DNA from: a virus
IMG/VR virus record: IMGVR_UViG_3300020162_001876
Coordinates: 1-64,000 of that record
Length of the DNA stretch: 64,000 nucleotides
Strand: one strand, 5' to 3'
The notes under the pieces are model-generated. The model saw only the letters and a program-made list of their open reading frames with translations. It was not told where the DNA came from and made no database searches. Positions 7,469 to 16,626 of the stretch are shown here, in pieces. Both the position numbers and the translations under genes were made by a program. The first letter of the stretch is position 1. Each line of letters begins with the position of its first letter.

Positions 7469-8207
7469 ACAAATTAAAAGTAATTGGGATAGTTTAATGT
7501 CTCGTATTGATACTTACATATCAGAACCAAGACGTACTCAATTAAAAGAATTTTATGGAAATTATCAAGAACGTATCATTATGATGCCTGCTTCTTATAA
7601 AAAAGAATATCATAATGCTTTTCCTGGAGGATATGTAGATCATGTCTTGAGAGTTATAGATGGAGCTATTAAAATAAATAATATTTGGAAAGAAATGGGA
7701 GTAGATCAAGATACTTATACTACTGAAGAATTAGTATTTTCTGCTTTAAATCATGATTTAGGTAAAATAGGAGATGAAAATCACGAATCTTATATCCCTC
7801 AGACTGACCAATGGAGAAAAGATAAATTAGGAGAAGATTATATGTTTAATGATGCTTTAGCATTTGCATCAGTCCCAGATCGTTCTTTATTTTTACTCCA
7901 GTCTAACGGTATCCAATATACTTTTAATGAAATGGTTGCCATTCAGACACATGATGGTATTTATGATGAGGGAAATAAAAAATACTTAGCTACTTTTAAT
8001 CCAGGACAAAAACCTAGAACATCTTTACCTTATATTTTACATCAAGCTGATTTAATGGCTTCTCGTATTGAATTTGAAAAAGAATGGTTACCTAAATTTA
8101 AAGGTGGAAAGAAAGTAGAGATTAAAACGTCTAAACCTGTGATTAAACAACAAACTAAATTGTCTAACGCAAATGCGCCATTTGCAAATTTATTAAATAA
8201 TATATAA
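7452..8207 (+). CDS. HD-domain phosphohydrolase (YhaM-like HD)
   Basis: YHNAFPGGYVDH, NHDLGK, THDG, LHQAD. Confidence 0.85.
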   Translation: MNLTAEQIKSNWDSLMSRIDTYISEPRRTQLKEFYGNYQERIIMMPASYKKEYHNAFPGGYVDHVLRVIDGAIKINNIWKEMGVDQDTYTTEELVFSALNHDLGKIGDENHESYIPQTDQWRKDKLGEDYMFNDALAFASVPDRSLFLLQSNGIQYTFNEMVAIQTHDGIYDEGNKKYLATFNPGQKPRTSLPYILHQADLMASRIEFEKEWLPKFKGGKKVEIKTSKPVIKQQTKLSNANAPFANLLNNI

Positions 8208-8482
8208 TGGAAGTTTTCATATTTTCAGTACTAGTATTAGTAGCTATAGTAGGATATATCATTTGGAATTTACTTCTTAAAGTAGAAAAATTAGAGAATA
8301 CTATTGAAGTTCAAGAAAAATATATTTTGGATTTTTACGATTTAGTAAAAACATCAGAAAATAAAATTAAAGAAATTGATTCTAAACAATTATTCCAATC
8401 AGATGATGAGGTAGGTTTTTTCTTTACTAATTTAAAAGTAATCCAAGAATCCCTTTCGGATTATATTAAATTTATAAAATAA
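8207..8482 (+). CDS. N-terminal transmembrane plus coiled-coil protein
   Basis: Hydrophobic N-terminus followed by a helical charged region. Confidence 0.75.
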   Translation: MEVFIFSVLVLVAIVGYIIWNLLLKVEKLENTIEVQEKYILDFYDLVKTSENKIKEIDSKQLFQSDDEVGFFFTNLKVIQESLSDYIKFIK

Positions 8483-8483
8483 T

Positions 8484-9284
8484 ATGGAGATATTAAATTC
8501 TGAAATTAAAATACTTCATATACCTCAAGAAGAAACAGAAGTACAATATACTAAAAAAGGAACAGTTCGAAAAAGAAAACCTAAAGAAAAAAAGCAATAC
8601 TTCACTCAAGATACAGAAGATGCTATTATAGAGTATTTAGCTGCAACTGATTTACATATTAGAAATAAAATTTATAACGAACGTATTAAATATGCTTTTC
8701 ATAAATTAACTGAAAATATAATTCATACATTTAAATTTTATTATACTGAAGTAGAAACAATAGCTGAACTTCAACATGAAGTAACAGCCTTTCTGCTTGA
8801 AAAACTACATTTATATAAACAATCAAAAGGTAAAGCTTATTCTTATTTTGGTACTATTGCTAAACGTTATTTAATTCTTTATAATAATAAAAATTATGAA
8901 AAGTTAAAAGGTAAAGCAGAAGTAGCAGATATAGATGAAGATAGAACTATTGTTTCTAATATAGTAAATGATTCTGAAAGTATAGATGATCCTTTAATGG
9001 GTGAAAATTATTTTATAGATAAATTTATTCAATATATGGATTTATATCTATTCAAAATATTCCCAGAAATTGAAGATGCTAAAACTGCTGAAGCTATTAT
9101 GCAGCTTTTTAAATTTAGAGAAAGTTTAGATATTTTCAATAAGAAAGGAATTTATATTTATATTAGAGAACAAACAGACCAAGATACTCCTCAAATAACT
9201 AAAGTAATAAAAAGGTTAGAAAAAGTTTATAAACGTTTACATTATCAATATCTAGATTATGGATATGTTAGCTTAAATTATTAA
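8484..9284 (+). CDS. Putative late-transcription sigma factor (T4 gp55-like)
   Basis: KAYSYFGTIAKRYLI resembles the gp55 / sigma region 2 motif (F/Y)xYFxxI; last gene before the late block. Confidence 0.65.
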   Translation: MEILNSEIKILHIPQEETEVQYTKKGTVRKRKPKEKKQYFTQDTEDAIIEYLAATDLHIRNKIYNERIKYAFHKLTENIIHTFKFYYTEVETIAELQHEVTAFLLEKLHLYKQSKGKAYSYFGTIAKRYLILYNNKNYEKLKGKAEVADIDEDRTIVSNIVNDSESIDDPLMGENYFIDKFIQYMDLYLFKIFPEIEDAKTAEAIMQLFKFRESLDIFNKKGIYIYIREQTDQDTPQITKVIKRLEKVYKRLHYQYLDYGYVSLNY

Positions 9285-9322
9285 AAAATTTATAAGCCTT
9301 ATATTTATAATAAAAATATATT

Positions 9323-9688
9323 ATGGATTTTAACAATGTAGTCTTATTTGGTAAAAAGACTTTCGCTGATTTATTAAAAGAGATACATACTAATTCCTCT
9401 ACTAAAGAAAAGGAAATTAGAATAATGATAGAGCAATTAAAACCTTTTATCCATTCAGCTGGTGATGCTGTTATAATTGTTCCTCTTATTAAGGATTATT
9501 TAGATGTATCAGTTAAAAATGATGATTTATTAATTAAAATGGCGGGTATTGTTCAAAGAGCATTAAATAATACTTCAAATGGAGAAGATTTAATGATTAG
9601 TGAAGATGAAAAACAAGCTTTATTAGAAACCATCAATCAATTAGATAAACAAGTAGAAGAAATACCTGTAAGAAAATTAAACGATTAG
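9323..9688 (+). CDS. Hypothetical late protein, helical
   Basis: First gene after a late motif; function unknown. Confidence 0.75.
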   Translation: MDFNNVVLFGKKTFADLLKEIHTNSSTKEKEIRIMIEQLKPFIHSAGDAVIIVPLIKDYLDVSVKNDDLLIKMAGIVQRALNNTSNGEDLMISEDEKQALLETINQLDKQVEEIPVRKLND

Positions 9689-9689
9689 C

Positions 9690-10532
9690 ATGTATCCTAG
9701 TTTACAAAATAGTATATCAAATATAGCATCGGGTAAAGGAAATGGAGGTAAAAGTCTATTTTTCTTTGCTCGTGTTAATGATATTGTTTTATCAACTGAA
9801 ACTAAAACTACTAATTTTTTCCAAGAAGCAGGAGGATGGGCAGGGTTAGGCTCAATTAAATTTACTCCTATAAATTCTAAACCAGATAATGATAAACCAG
9901 TTAATTTAATAGCTAAACCTTTATTTAATAATATTTCTAAATACCCTATTTTAGAAGAGATTGTTTTAATATTAAATGCTCCTTCATATGATTTAAATAA
10001 AAAACCTGATGCTAAAACATTTTATTATTTAACCACAGTTGGTTTATGGAACAGTGTTCATCATAATGCTTTTCCTGATATACAAACCTATAAAGGTGGT
10101 GATTTAAATTTTGGTCATACATTTACTGAAAAAGAAGATATAAGAAATTTATTACCTGAAGAAGGAGATGTCTTAATAGAAGGAAGATGGGGCAATTCAA
10201 TTCGTTTTTCTTCTACTACTAAACAAAAAGTAATAAATAATCCTTGGAGTTCACAAGGTGATATTGGGATGCCTATTACTATCATTAGAAATAATCAAAC
10301 TAATATCGATATAAATCCTGATCCATGGGTTCCCGTTTATGAAGATCCTAATAATGATGGGACTTCAATTTATTTATGTGCTGGTCAAGAAATACCTTTA
10401 GAATACGCTTCTAAAAATTTACAATCATATAGTGTAACTATAGGAGCAGCTTTTAATAGTTCATTACAAATCCCAGATCCTCAGTTTACTTCTCCAAATA
10501 TATCCTCTAAACAAGCAGATAAATTAACATAA
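9690..10532 (+). CDS. Probable baseplate spike/hub protein, N-terminal part (gp5-like)
   Basis: Beta-rich N-terminus with YPILEEIVLI, then EGDVLIEGRWGNSIRF; lies upstream of gp25/gp6. Confidence 0.55.
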   Translation: MYPSLQNSISNIASGKGNGGKSLFFFARVNDIVLSTETKTTNFFQEAGGWAGLGSIKFTPINSKPDNDKPVNLIAKPLFNNISKYPILEEIVLILNAPSYDLNKKPDAKTFYYLTTVGLWNSVHHNAFPDIQTYKGGDLNFGHTFTEKEDIRNLLPEEGDVLIEGRWGNSIRFSSTTKQKVINNPWSSQGDIGMPITIIRNNQTNIDINPDPWVPVYEDPNNDGTSIYLCAGQEIPLEYASKNLQSYSVTIGAAFNSSLQIPDPQFTSPNISSKQADKLT

Positions 10533-10533
10533 T

Positions 10534-10968
10534 ATGGCATCTTCTTATAAACCTGAATTTCCTTACTTAGGAGACCATTTAATACTAAATTCTGGTAGAG
10601 TTACTATTAATTCTAAAGATGATTCTATAATGCTATTTGCTAAAGAATCTATTAGTTTTTCTTCTGCCGGTACTATACATTTTAATAGTGATGATGAGTT
10701 AATAATTAACTCTCCTAAAATTTATTTAGGATTAGAAACAGACGTTGACAAACCTGAACCTGCTATTAAAGGAGAAAAACTATATAATTTACTAAATTCT
10801 TTAATAGATACTTTAATTAATTTAGGAGAAGGTTTATCATACGCTAAAGATAGTAATGGTATAGGAATCCCTTCAATATCAGTATCTGGAGATAGTTTAG
10901 TAACTGATACTTTAGAACTACAAACTTTAATTGAAAAAATTAAATCTGAAAAAACTTTTCTATTATAA
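10534..10968 (+). CDS. Probable baseplate spike C-terminal beta-helix part
   Basis: Short beta repeats (LILNSGRVTINSK...IINSPKIYLG) followed by EPAIKGEKL. Confidence 0.55.
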   Translation: MASSYKPEFPYLGDHLILNSGRVTINSKDDSIMLFAKESISFSSAGTIHFNSDDELIINSPKIYLGLETDVDKPEPAIKGEKLYNLLNSLIDTLINLGEGLSYAKDSNGIGIPSISVSGDSLVTDTLELQTLIEKIKSEKTFLL

Positions 10969-12416
10969 TGGCGGTACCTAAAGGATTATCTAGAATATTA
11001 TGTGATGTGGCTCCTAAAAGAATTAGTAAAGCTACTAATCAAATACTTAAAATTTTATTTAAAATTAATGCGGTTTTAAGTGAAATTAATTCTATTGATT
11101 TTTGTAATCCTTTAGGATATATTATATCTAAAGCTTTACCTCCTGGAGGTCTTTTAGAAACTAAACTTTTAAAATATGGTAAAGATGCTTTAGATTTTAT
11201 AAATAAAATAGAAAATAAACTAAACCCTTTAAGACTTGAAGGAGAAACAGATGAACAGTATAAAACTAGAATTCAATCCTATCAAGCATCTATAGAAGAA
11301 ATTAGGTTAGCGTTAGAGGATATAATTCCTCCTGATGATTTAATTGAAATTATACCAGGTGGAGAAGGATTAGTTAAAACAATACAACAAGTAAATTTAG
11401 CATTAGTTGCTACAAGTGATACTATCGATCCTACTCAGTCTATAGTAACTAAAATTTCTATATTACAATCATTTGCTAGAAAATTAACTCCATTTTTATC
11501 ACCAATTAATATAATTACTTTATCATTAGGTAATCAACAAGCCGAGATAAATAAAAAATTAGCAGGTATAATTAAACCTGAGAGATTTAGAGAAAGTGTT
11601 GGGTTTTTAGTTAAACAAGTAAAAGCAGTTGATAAAGCCATTGTTCAAATACAAGCTACTGTTAAGTTAATTAATACTATTGTAAGAATTATTAATGTAT
11701 TAATTAAAGTATATAAATTTGTAGTTAAAATATTAAAACGTTTAAATACACCTTTAGCAGTAGGAGGTGGAGGTTCACCTGTAGTCTCACAAACTAATGC
11801 GTCAACTAATACCCAAGCTGATACTATCTCTAAAAGTAATCAAAATATTGATGATTTAGAAAAAATTACAAATATAGTATCTAACTTTTTAAAAGGACCT
11901 GTTTTATTAAATATAAAACGTATAAGAAAACAAATACTTAGATTACTAACTGGTCTTAATATTTTATATCAAAATCTTCAAGCTTGTCCTTATACAAGTG
12001 ATGATCAAGGTTTATTAAGTAATGTTCAAGGAAGTATAAATTCTTTAAATAATAGTTTAAGTATTATAGATGAATTATTCCCTACTGCTCAAACTTCTAA
12101 TTTACCTCAATTATATAATGGCTATTCAATTAATATAATTAAAGAAGAAGTAGTTGATGAAGGTATTTCTTTATTAAGAAGAAGAGTAGTAGTAGCTGAT
12201 CAAAGAGGAGTAATTGAATATGAGGGAACACCTACTTATGCTCCTGATGATCAAGTTTTAATAAAAGAAGGTCAATATTATATTGATAAACAAAATCAAA
12301 TCCGTACTAATGATACAGGTAATGATTCACCTACAGATCAAGAAGTAATAGATTTAACAACTATAGCAGGTTATAATCCTAATGATACTATTGGGGGTCC
12401 TGTAACACCTGATTAA
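10968..12416 (+). CDS. Hypothetical virion protein with long amphipathic helices
   Basis: Coupled to the spike genes; VKLINTIVRIINVLIKVYKFVVKILKRL. Confidence 0.7.
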   Translation: MAVPKGLSRILCDVAPKRISKATNQILKILFKINAVLSEINSIDFCNPLGYIISKALPPGGLLETKLLKYGKDALDFINKIENKLNPLRLEGETDEQYKTRIQSYQASIEEIRLALEDIIPPDDLIEIIPGGEGLVKTIQQVNLALVATSDTIDPTQSIVTKISILQSFARKLTPFLSPINIITLSLGNQQAEINKKLAGIIKPERFRESVGFLVKQVKAVDKAIVQIQATVKLINTIVRIINVLIKVYKFVVKILKRLNTPLAVGGGGSPVVSQTNASTNTQADTISKSNQNIDDLEKITNIVSNFLKGPVLLNIKRIRKQILRLLTGLNILYQNLQACPYTSDDQGLLSNVQGSINSLNNSLSIIDELFPTAQTSNLPQLYNGYSINIIKEEVVDEGISLLRRRVVVADQRGVIEYEGTPTYAPDDQVLIKEGQYYIDKQNQIRTNDTGNDSPTDQEVIDLTTIAGYNPNDTIGGPVTPD

Positions 12417-12446
12417 AATAAGTTTTAATATTAAATATTTATATGT

Positions 12447-12941
12447 ATGAAATTAGATGCATTTAGAAAAATTATAAGAGAAGAAGTAAAGAAAGCCATT
12501 CAAGAAGAAATGAGAGAAGTTCTACTTGAAGCTGTAAAATCCTCTAGTAAACCTGGGATCCAATCTACATCACCTCAAATAGTAACTAAACCTTACTCTA
12601 AAGTAGATTCTACTTACAAACCTACTTTCTCAGACATAATTGCTGAAGAAAGAAAACCTATACCCTCAACTGGTAATATAATGTTAGATTTATTAAATGA
12701 AACTGCTCAAACCGGTGAATGGAGAACTTTAAATGGAGGTGAATTTAACGCTTCACAAGCTGTAGGTTGGTCTGGAGGAGCTCCAAATATGATGGGTGGT
12801 TCTAATACCCCTGTAGTAGCTACTGTGGATGAAATGATAAAATCGCAAGGTCCTGTTAGAGATATAAATAATGTAAGTATTGATGTAGTACCTGATTTTT
12901 CAAAATTCATGGGTGCTTTAAAAGAAAAAGGTAGTATTTAA
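12447..12941 (+). CDS. Hypothetical late protein with KIIREE leader
   Basis: MKLDAFRKIIREEVKKAIQEE; late motif upstream. Confidence 0.8.
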   Translation: MKLDAFRKIIREEVKKAIQEEMREVLLEAVKSSSKPGIQSTSPQIVTKPYSKVDSTYKPTFSDIIAEERKPIPSTGNIMLDLLNETAQTGEWRTLNGGEFNASQAVGWSGGAPNMMGGSNTPVVATVDEMIKSQGPVRDINNVSIDVVPDFSKFMGALKEKGSI

Positions 12942-13354
12942 TGGCTTATAGTATAATTAATATTAGTCCTTTAGATTTACAACCTAGTAAAGGAATAGGA
13001 ATTCAAGTCCCTTTTAACGGAGCTACTGGATTAAATATTACTTATACCACTAAAGATTCTATTAAATCTAATATTTTAAATTTTTTCTTAACAGGGAAAA
13101 AAGAAAGAGTAATGAATCCTTCATTTGGAGCAGGGATAAGAGAACAATTATTTGAACAAATAGTTCAAGGTACTGTTCAAAATATAGAAGATATTATTAA
13201 ATTTGGGTTAACAGATTATTTCCCTCAAATTAAATTAGATAAATTAACAGTAAACACATCTCCAGACCAAAATTTAATTCAAGTATATTTTAGTTATTCT
13301 ATAATAAACACTAATATACAAGATGAAATTTTAATAAATTTTAATAATGGCTAA
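12941..13354 (+). CDS. gp25: Baseplate wedge / sheath initiator (gp25 family)
   Basis: IKSNILNFFLTGKKERVMNPSFGAGIREQLFE. Confidence 0.9.
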   Translation: MAYSIINISPLDLQPSKGIGIQVPFNGATGLNITYTTKDSIKSNILNFFLTGKKERVMNPSFGAGIREQLFEQIVQGTVQNIEDIIKFGLTDYFPQIKLDKLTVNTSPDQNLIQVYFSYSIINTNIQDEILINFNNG

Positions 13355-15224
13355 TACTAAAGCAGTACAATATTTAAATAAAGACTTTGATAGTTTAAAA
13401 GCACAGTTAATTAACTTTGCTAAAACTTATTATCCTAACACTTATAATGACTTTACAGAAGCGTCACCTGGTATGATGCTTATTGAGATGGCTTCATATG
13501 TTGGGGATATTTTATCATTTTATACTGATAATCAAATTCAAGAAAATTTTCTACAATTTGCTAAACAAAGAAAAAATTTATTAGCATTAGCTTATAATTT
13601 TGGATATCGTCCTAAAGTAACAAGTGCTGCATCAGTTGAAGTAAGTGTGTACCAAGTAGTACCTTCTACTATTAATAATAATCAATACATACCTGACTTC
13701 GGATATGCTTTAATTCTAGAAGAAGGAACTCAATTGCAAGCTAATACTAATGGGAATATATCATTTTATATAAATGAGAAAGTAGATTTTTCTAATTCTG
13801 GATCTTCCCCTATAGATATTTCAGTTTACTCTAATGATATTAGTGGTAATCCTTTATTTTATTTACTTAAAAAAACAGCGAAAGCTACGGCTGGAGCTTT
13901 AACTACAACAACATTTACATTTGGTAATCCTGAACGTTATCCTACCGTAACACTTACTGATTCTAATGTAATTTCTATAATTGGAGTAACAGATTCTGAT
14001 AATAATAAGTGGTATGAAGTACCTTATTTAGCTCAAGACACTATTTTTGAAGCTACTGAAAATACTGCTACTAATGACCCTAATTTATATCAATATAACG
14101 ATACAACTCCTTATTTATTAAAATTAAAAAAAGTACCTAGAAGATTTGTTTCACGTTTTAAAACAAATAATTCATTAGAATTACAATTCGGACCAGGTGT
14201 TTCATCTGGCGCTGATGAGGAAATTATTCCTAATCCTGATAATATAGGTTTAGGTTTACCTTATGGAGTTGATAAAATGATGACCGCTTGGGATCCTTCA
14301 AATTTTTTATATACTCAAACTTATGGTTTAGCACCCTCAAATACTACTTTAACAGTAACTTATTTAAAAGGAGGAGGAGCTATTTCAAATATACCTTCTA
14401 ATACTTTAACTAGAAGAATTGAAGGAACTAATACTTTCGCAGGAGAAGGGTTAGACCCTAATATGCAAAATACAGTAATTAATTCTTTAGCATTCACTAA
14501 TGAAGTTGCTGCAGTTGGTGGAGGAGATGGAGATACTAATGAAGAAATAAGACAAAATTCTTTAGCTATGTATCCTACACAATTAAGAACTATTACTGAG
14601 GATGATTATATTATTAGAACTTTATCTTTACCTTCTAAATATGGTTTAATTTCTAAAGCTTTTATTACTCAAGATATGGGTATAAGTGCTAATTATTCAA
14701 CAGATTTATTAGCTACTCAAAATCCTAATGCCCTTTCATTATATATTTTATCTAAAAATACAACAGGTAATTTAACAGTTTCTAACTTAGCTTTAAAACA
14801 AAATTTAAAAACATTTCTTTCTGAATATAGAATGGTAACTGATGCTGTTAATATAAAAGATGCTTTTATTATTAATATTGGAGTAAATTTTGATGTAGTA
14901 GTTAGACCTAATTATAATAATAAATTAATTATAAATAATTGTTTAAGTGTTTTACAATCTTATTTTAATATAGATAAATGGCAAATTAATCAACCTATTA
15001 TTATATCTGATATTTATAGTATTTTAGATCAAATAGAAGGTGTTCAAACCGTCCAAAAAGTAGAAATAATAAATAAAGCTGGGACCAGCTCAGGATATTC
15101 ACAATATGCCTATGATATTAAAGGGGCTACTATTAATAATATAGTTTATCCTTCTTTAGACCCAAGTATTTTTGAAATTAAAAATTTAACAACTGATATA
15201 CAAGGTAGAGTAGTTACTTTCTAA
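13347..15224 (+). CDS. gp6: Baseplate wedge subunit (gp6 / baseplate-J family)
   Basis: KDFDSLKAQLI...SPGMMLIEMASYVGDILSFY; GGGDGDTNEEIRQN; RTITEDDY. Confidence 0.9.
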   Translation: MANTKAVQYLNKDFDSLKAQLINFAKTYYPNTYNDFTEASPGMMLIEMASYVGDILSFYTDNQIQENFLQFAKQRKNLLALAYNFGYRPKVTSAASVEVSVYQVVPSTINNNQYIPDFGYALILEEGTQLQANTNGNISFYINEKVDFSNSGSSPIDISVYSNDISGNPLFYLLKKTAKATAGALTTTTFTFGNPERYPTVTLTDSNVISIIGVTDSDNNKWYEVPYLAQDTIFEATENTATNDPNLYQYNDTTPYLLKLKKVPRRFVSRFKTNNSLELQFGPGVSSGADEEIIPNPDNIGLGLPYGVDKMMTAWDPSNFLYTQTYGLAPSNTTLTVTYLKGGGAISNIPSNTLTRRIEGTNTFAGEGLDPNMQNTVINSLAFTNEVAAVGGGDGDTNEEIRQNSLAMYPTQLRTITEDDYIIRTLSLPSKYGLISKAFITQDMGISANYSTDLLATQNPNALSLYILSKNTTGNLTVSNLALKQNLKTFLSEYRMVTDAVNIKDAFIINIGVNFDVVVRPNYNNKLIINNCLSVLQSYFNIDKWQINQPIIISDIYSILDQIEGVQTVQKVEIINKAGTSSGYSQYAYDIKGATINNIVYPSLDPSIFEIKNLTTDIQGRVVTF

Positions 15225-15265
15225 AAAAATTTATCTAATGTATATTTATATTATATATTAGATTT

Positions 15266-16285
15266 ATGGCTGTATACAAAATATTCCCTGAAAAAGACAC
15301 TTTCATTTCATCATACCGTTCATCTCAGAATTTTGGTAGAGATGAAATATTAGAAATTTTTAGATATGCTTACGACTCTTCTACTTATTTAGATACTACA
15401 AGAGCCTTAATTCAATTTTCTAATACTAATCTTCAAGATGTAATTACAAATAATATTAGTGGAAGTGCTTATAGTGCTTCTCTTAAATTATTTTTAGCAA
15501 ATGCTCTTTTACCTGCAAATTATACTATTTTAGGACATAGAGTAACTACAAATTGGGATATGGGATTAGGTAAAGCTGCTGATACTCCTATTACTACTAC
15601 TGGATGTACTTGGAATTTTCCATGGACTCTTCCTGGAGGAGATTATGATGTTGTAGCTTACTCTCAAAGTTTTGTTTATACTAGTGATAAAGATATTAAT
15701 ATGAATATTACTTCATTAGTAAATTATTGGTATAGTAATCCTAATTCTAATTATGGAATTTTATTAAAACAAAGTAGTAGTATAGAAAACAATACTACAT
15801 CATCATTCGGAACTAAATTCTTTTCAATGGATACTCATACAATATATCCACCACAAATAGAATTAAAATGGGATGATAGTAATTATATTTCCTCTTTAAC
15901 CCAAATAACTTCTTCAAATTTCAATTTAGTAATTTCTAATTTAAAAAATGAATTTCCTGAAGGGACAATTTATACTTTTAAATTAAAAGCAAGAGATCAA
16001 TTCCCTGCTAGATCATTTAGCACCACATCAGTATATTTAAATGCTAAAGCTTTACCATCAACAACTTATTGGGCTTTAAAAGATGCTAAAACTGAAGAAG
16101 TAATAATTGATTTTGACACTACTTTTACTAAAGTAAGTTGTGATAATACAGGTAATTATTTCAAAATATATATGAATGGTTTAGAACCTGAAAGATATTA
16201 TCAAATTGTGATAAAAACTATACTTTCAAATGGAGAAACTATAATTATAGAAGATCCATTAAATTATTTTAAAGTAATTAGATAA
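15266..16285 (+). CDS. Virion structural protein (DNRLRE-like beta domain)
   Basis: EKDTFI...RALIQF...WTLPGGDY...NYGILLK...YPPQIELKW. Confidence 0.65.
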   Translation: MAVYKIFPEKDTFISSYRSSQNFGRDEILEIFRYAYDSSTYLDTTRALIQFSNTNLQDVITNNISGSAYSASLKLFLANALLPANYTILGHRVTTNWDMGLGKAADTPITTTGCTWNFPWTLPGGDYDVVAYSQSFVYTSDKDINMNITSLVNYWYSNPNSNYGILLKQSSSIENNTTSSFGTKFFSMDTHTIYPPQIELKWDDSNYISSLTQITSSNFNLVISNLKNEFPEGTIYTFKLKARDQFPARSFSTTSVYLNAKALPSTTYWALKDAKTEEVIIDFDTTFTKVSCDNTGNYFKIYMNGLEPERYYQIVIKTILSNGETIIIEDPLNYFKVIR

Positions 16286-16626
16286 TGGCTGAAGTAGTTC
16301 AATTAAATAAAACAGTTTATGGTAAAATTACATATCCTAATGTAATTGATACTGAATTTAAACAATTAATTAAACCCCAAACTGAAGTAACTTCATCAGC
16401 AGTAACTGTAAATCAATTTTTTAGTTATTATAATGATTTATTCTATGAAATACCTACTGAGGGAGATTTTAATTCACATTTAGAATTAATAAAAAGAAGT
16501 ACAGAATATGTTGGTGTAAATCAAAATTCAGGAGAAATAGACGCTTTATTAGATGAGATCAACCAGCTTAGACTTGAAAATTTAACATTACAACAAACAA
16601 TAGATGATTTAACTGCATCAGCATAA
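16285..16626 (+). CDS. Hypothetical baseplate-region protein with C-terminal coiled coil
   Basis: Translationally coupled to neighbours. Confidence 0.75.
   Translation: MAEVVQLNKTVYGKITYPNVIDTEFKQLIKPQTEVTSSAVTVNQFFSYYNDLFYEIPTEGDFNSHLELIKRSTEYVGVNQNSGEIDALLDEINQLRLENLTLQQTIDDLTASA

Noticed and set aside
7452-8207. HD protein as a DatZ-type dATPase (Z-genome) or anti-CBASS enzyme
   Set aside because: No purZ or other supporting gene is present in the window; HD motifs alone do not define the substrate.
9323-9688. Terminase small subunit
   Set aside because: Size and helicity fit, but there is no clear motif and it is far from terL.
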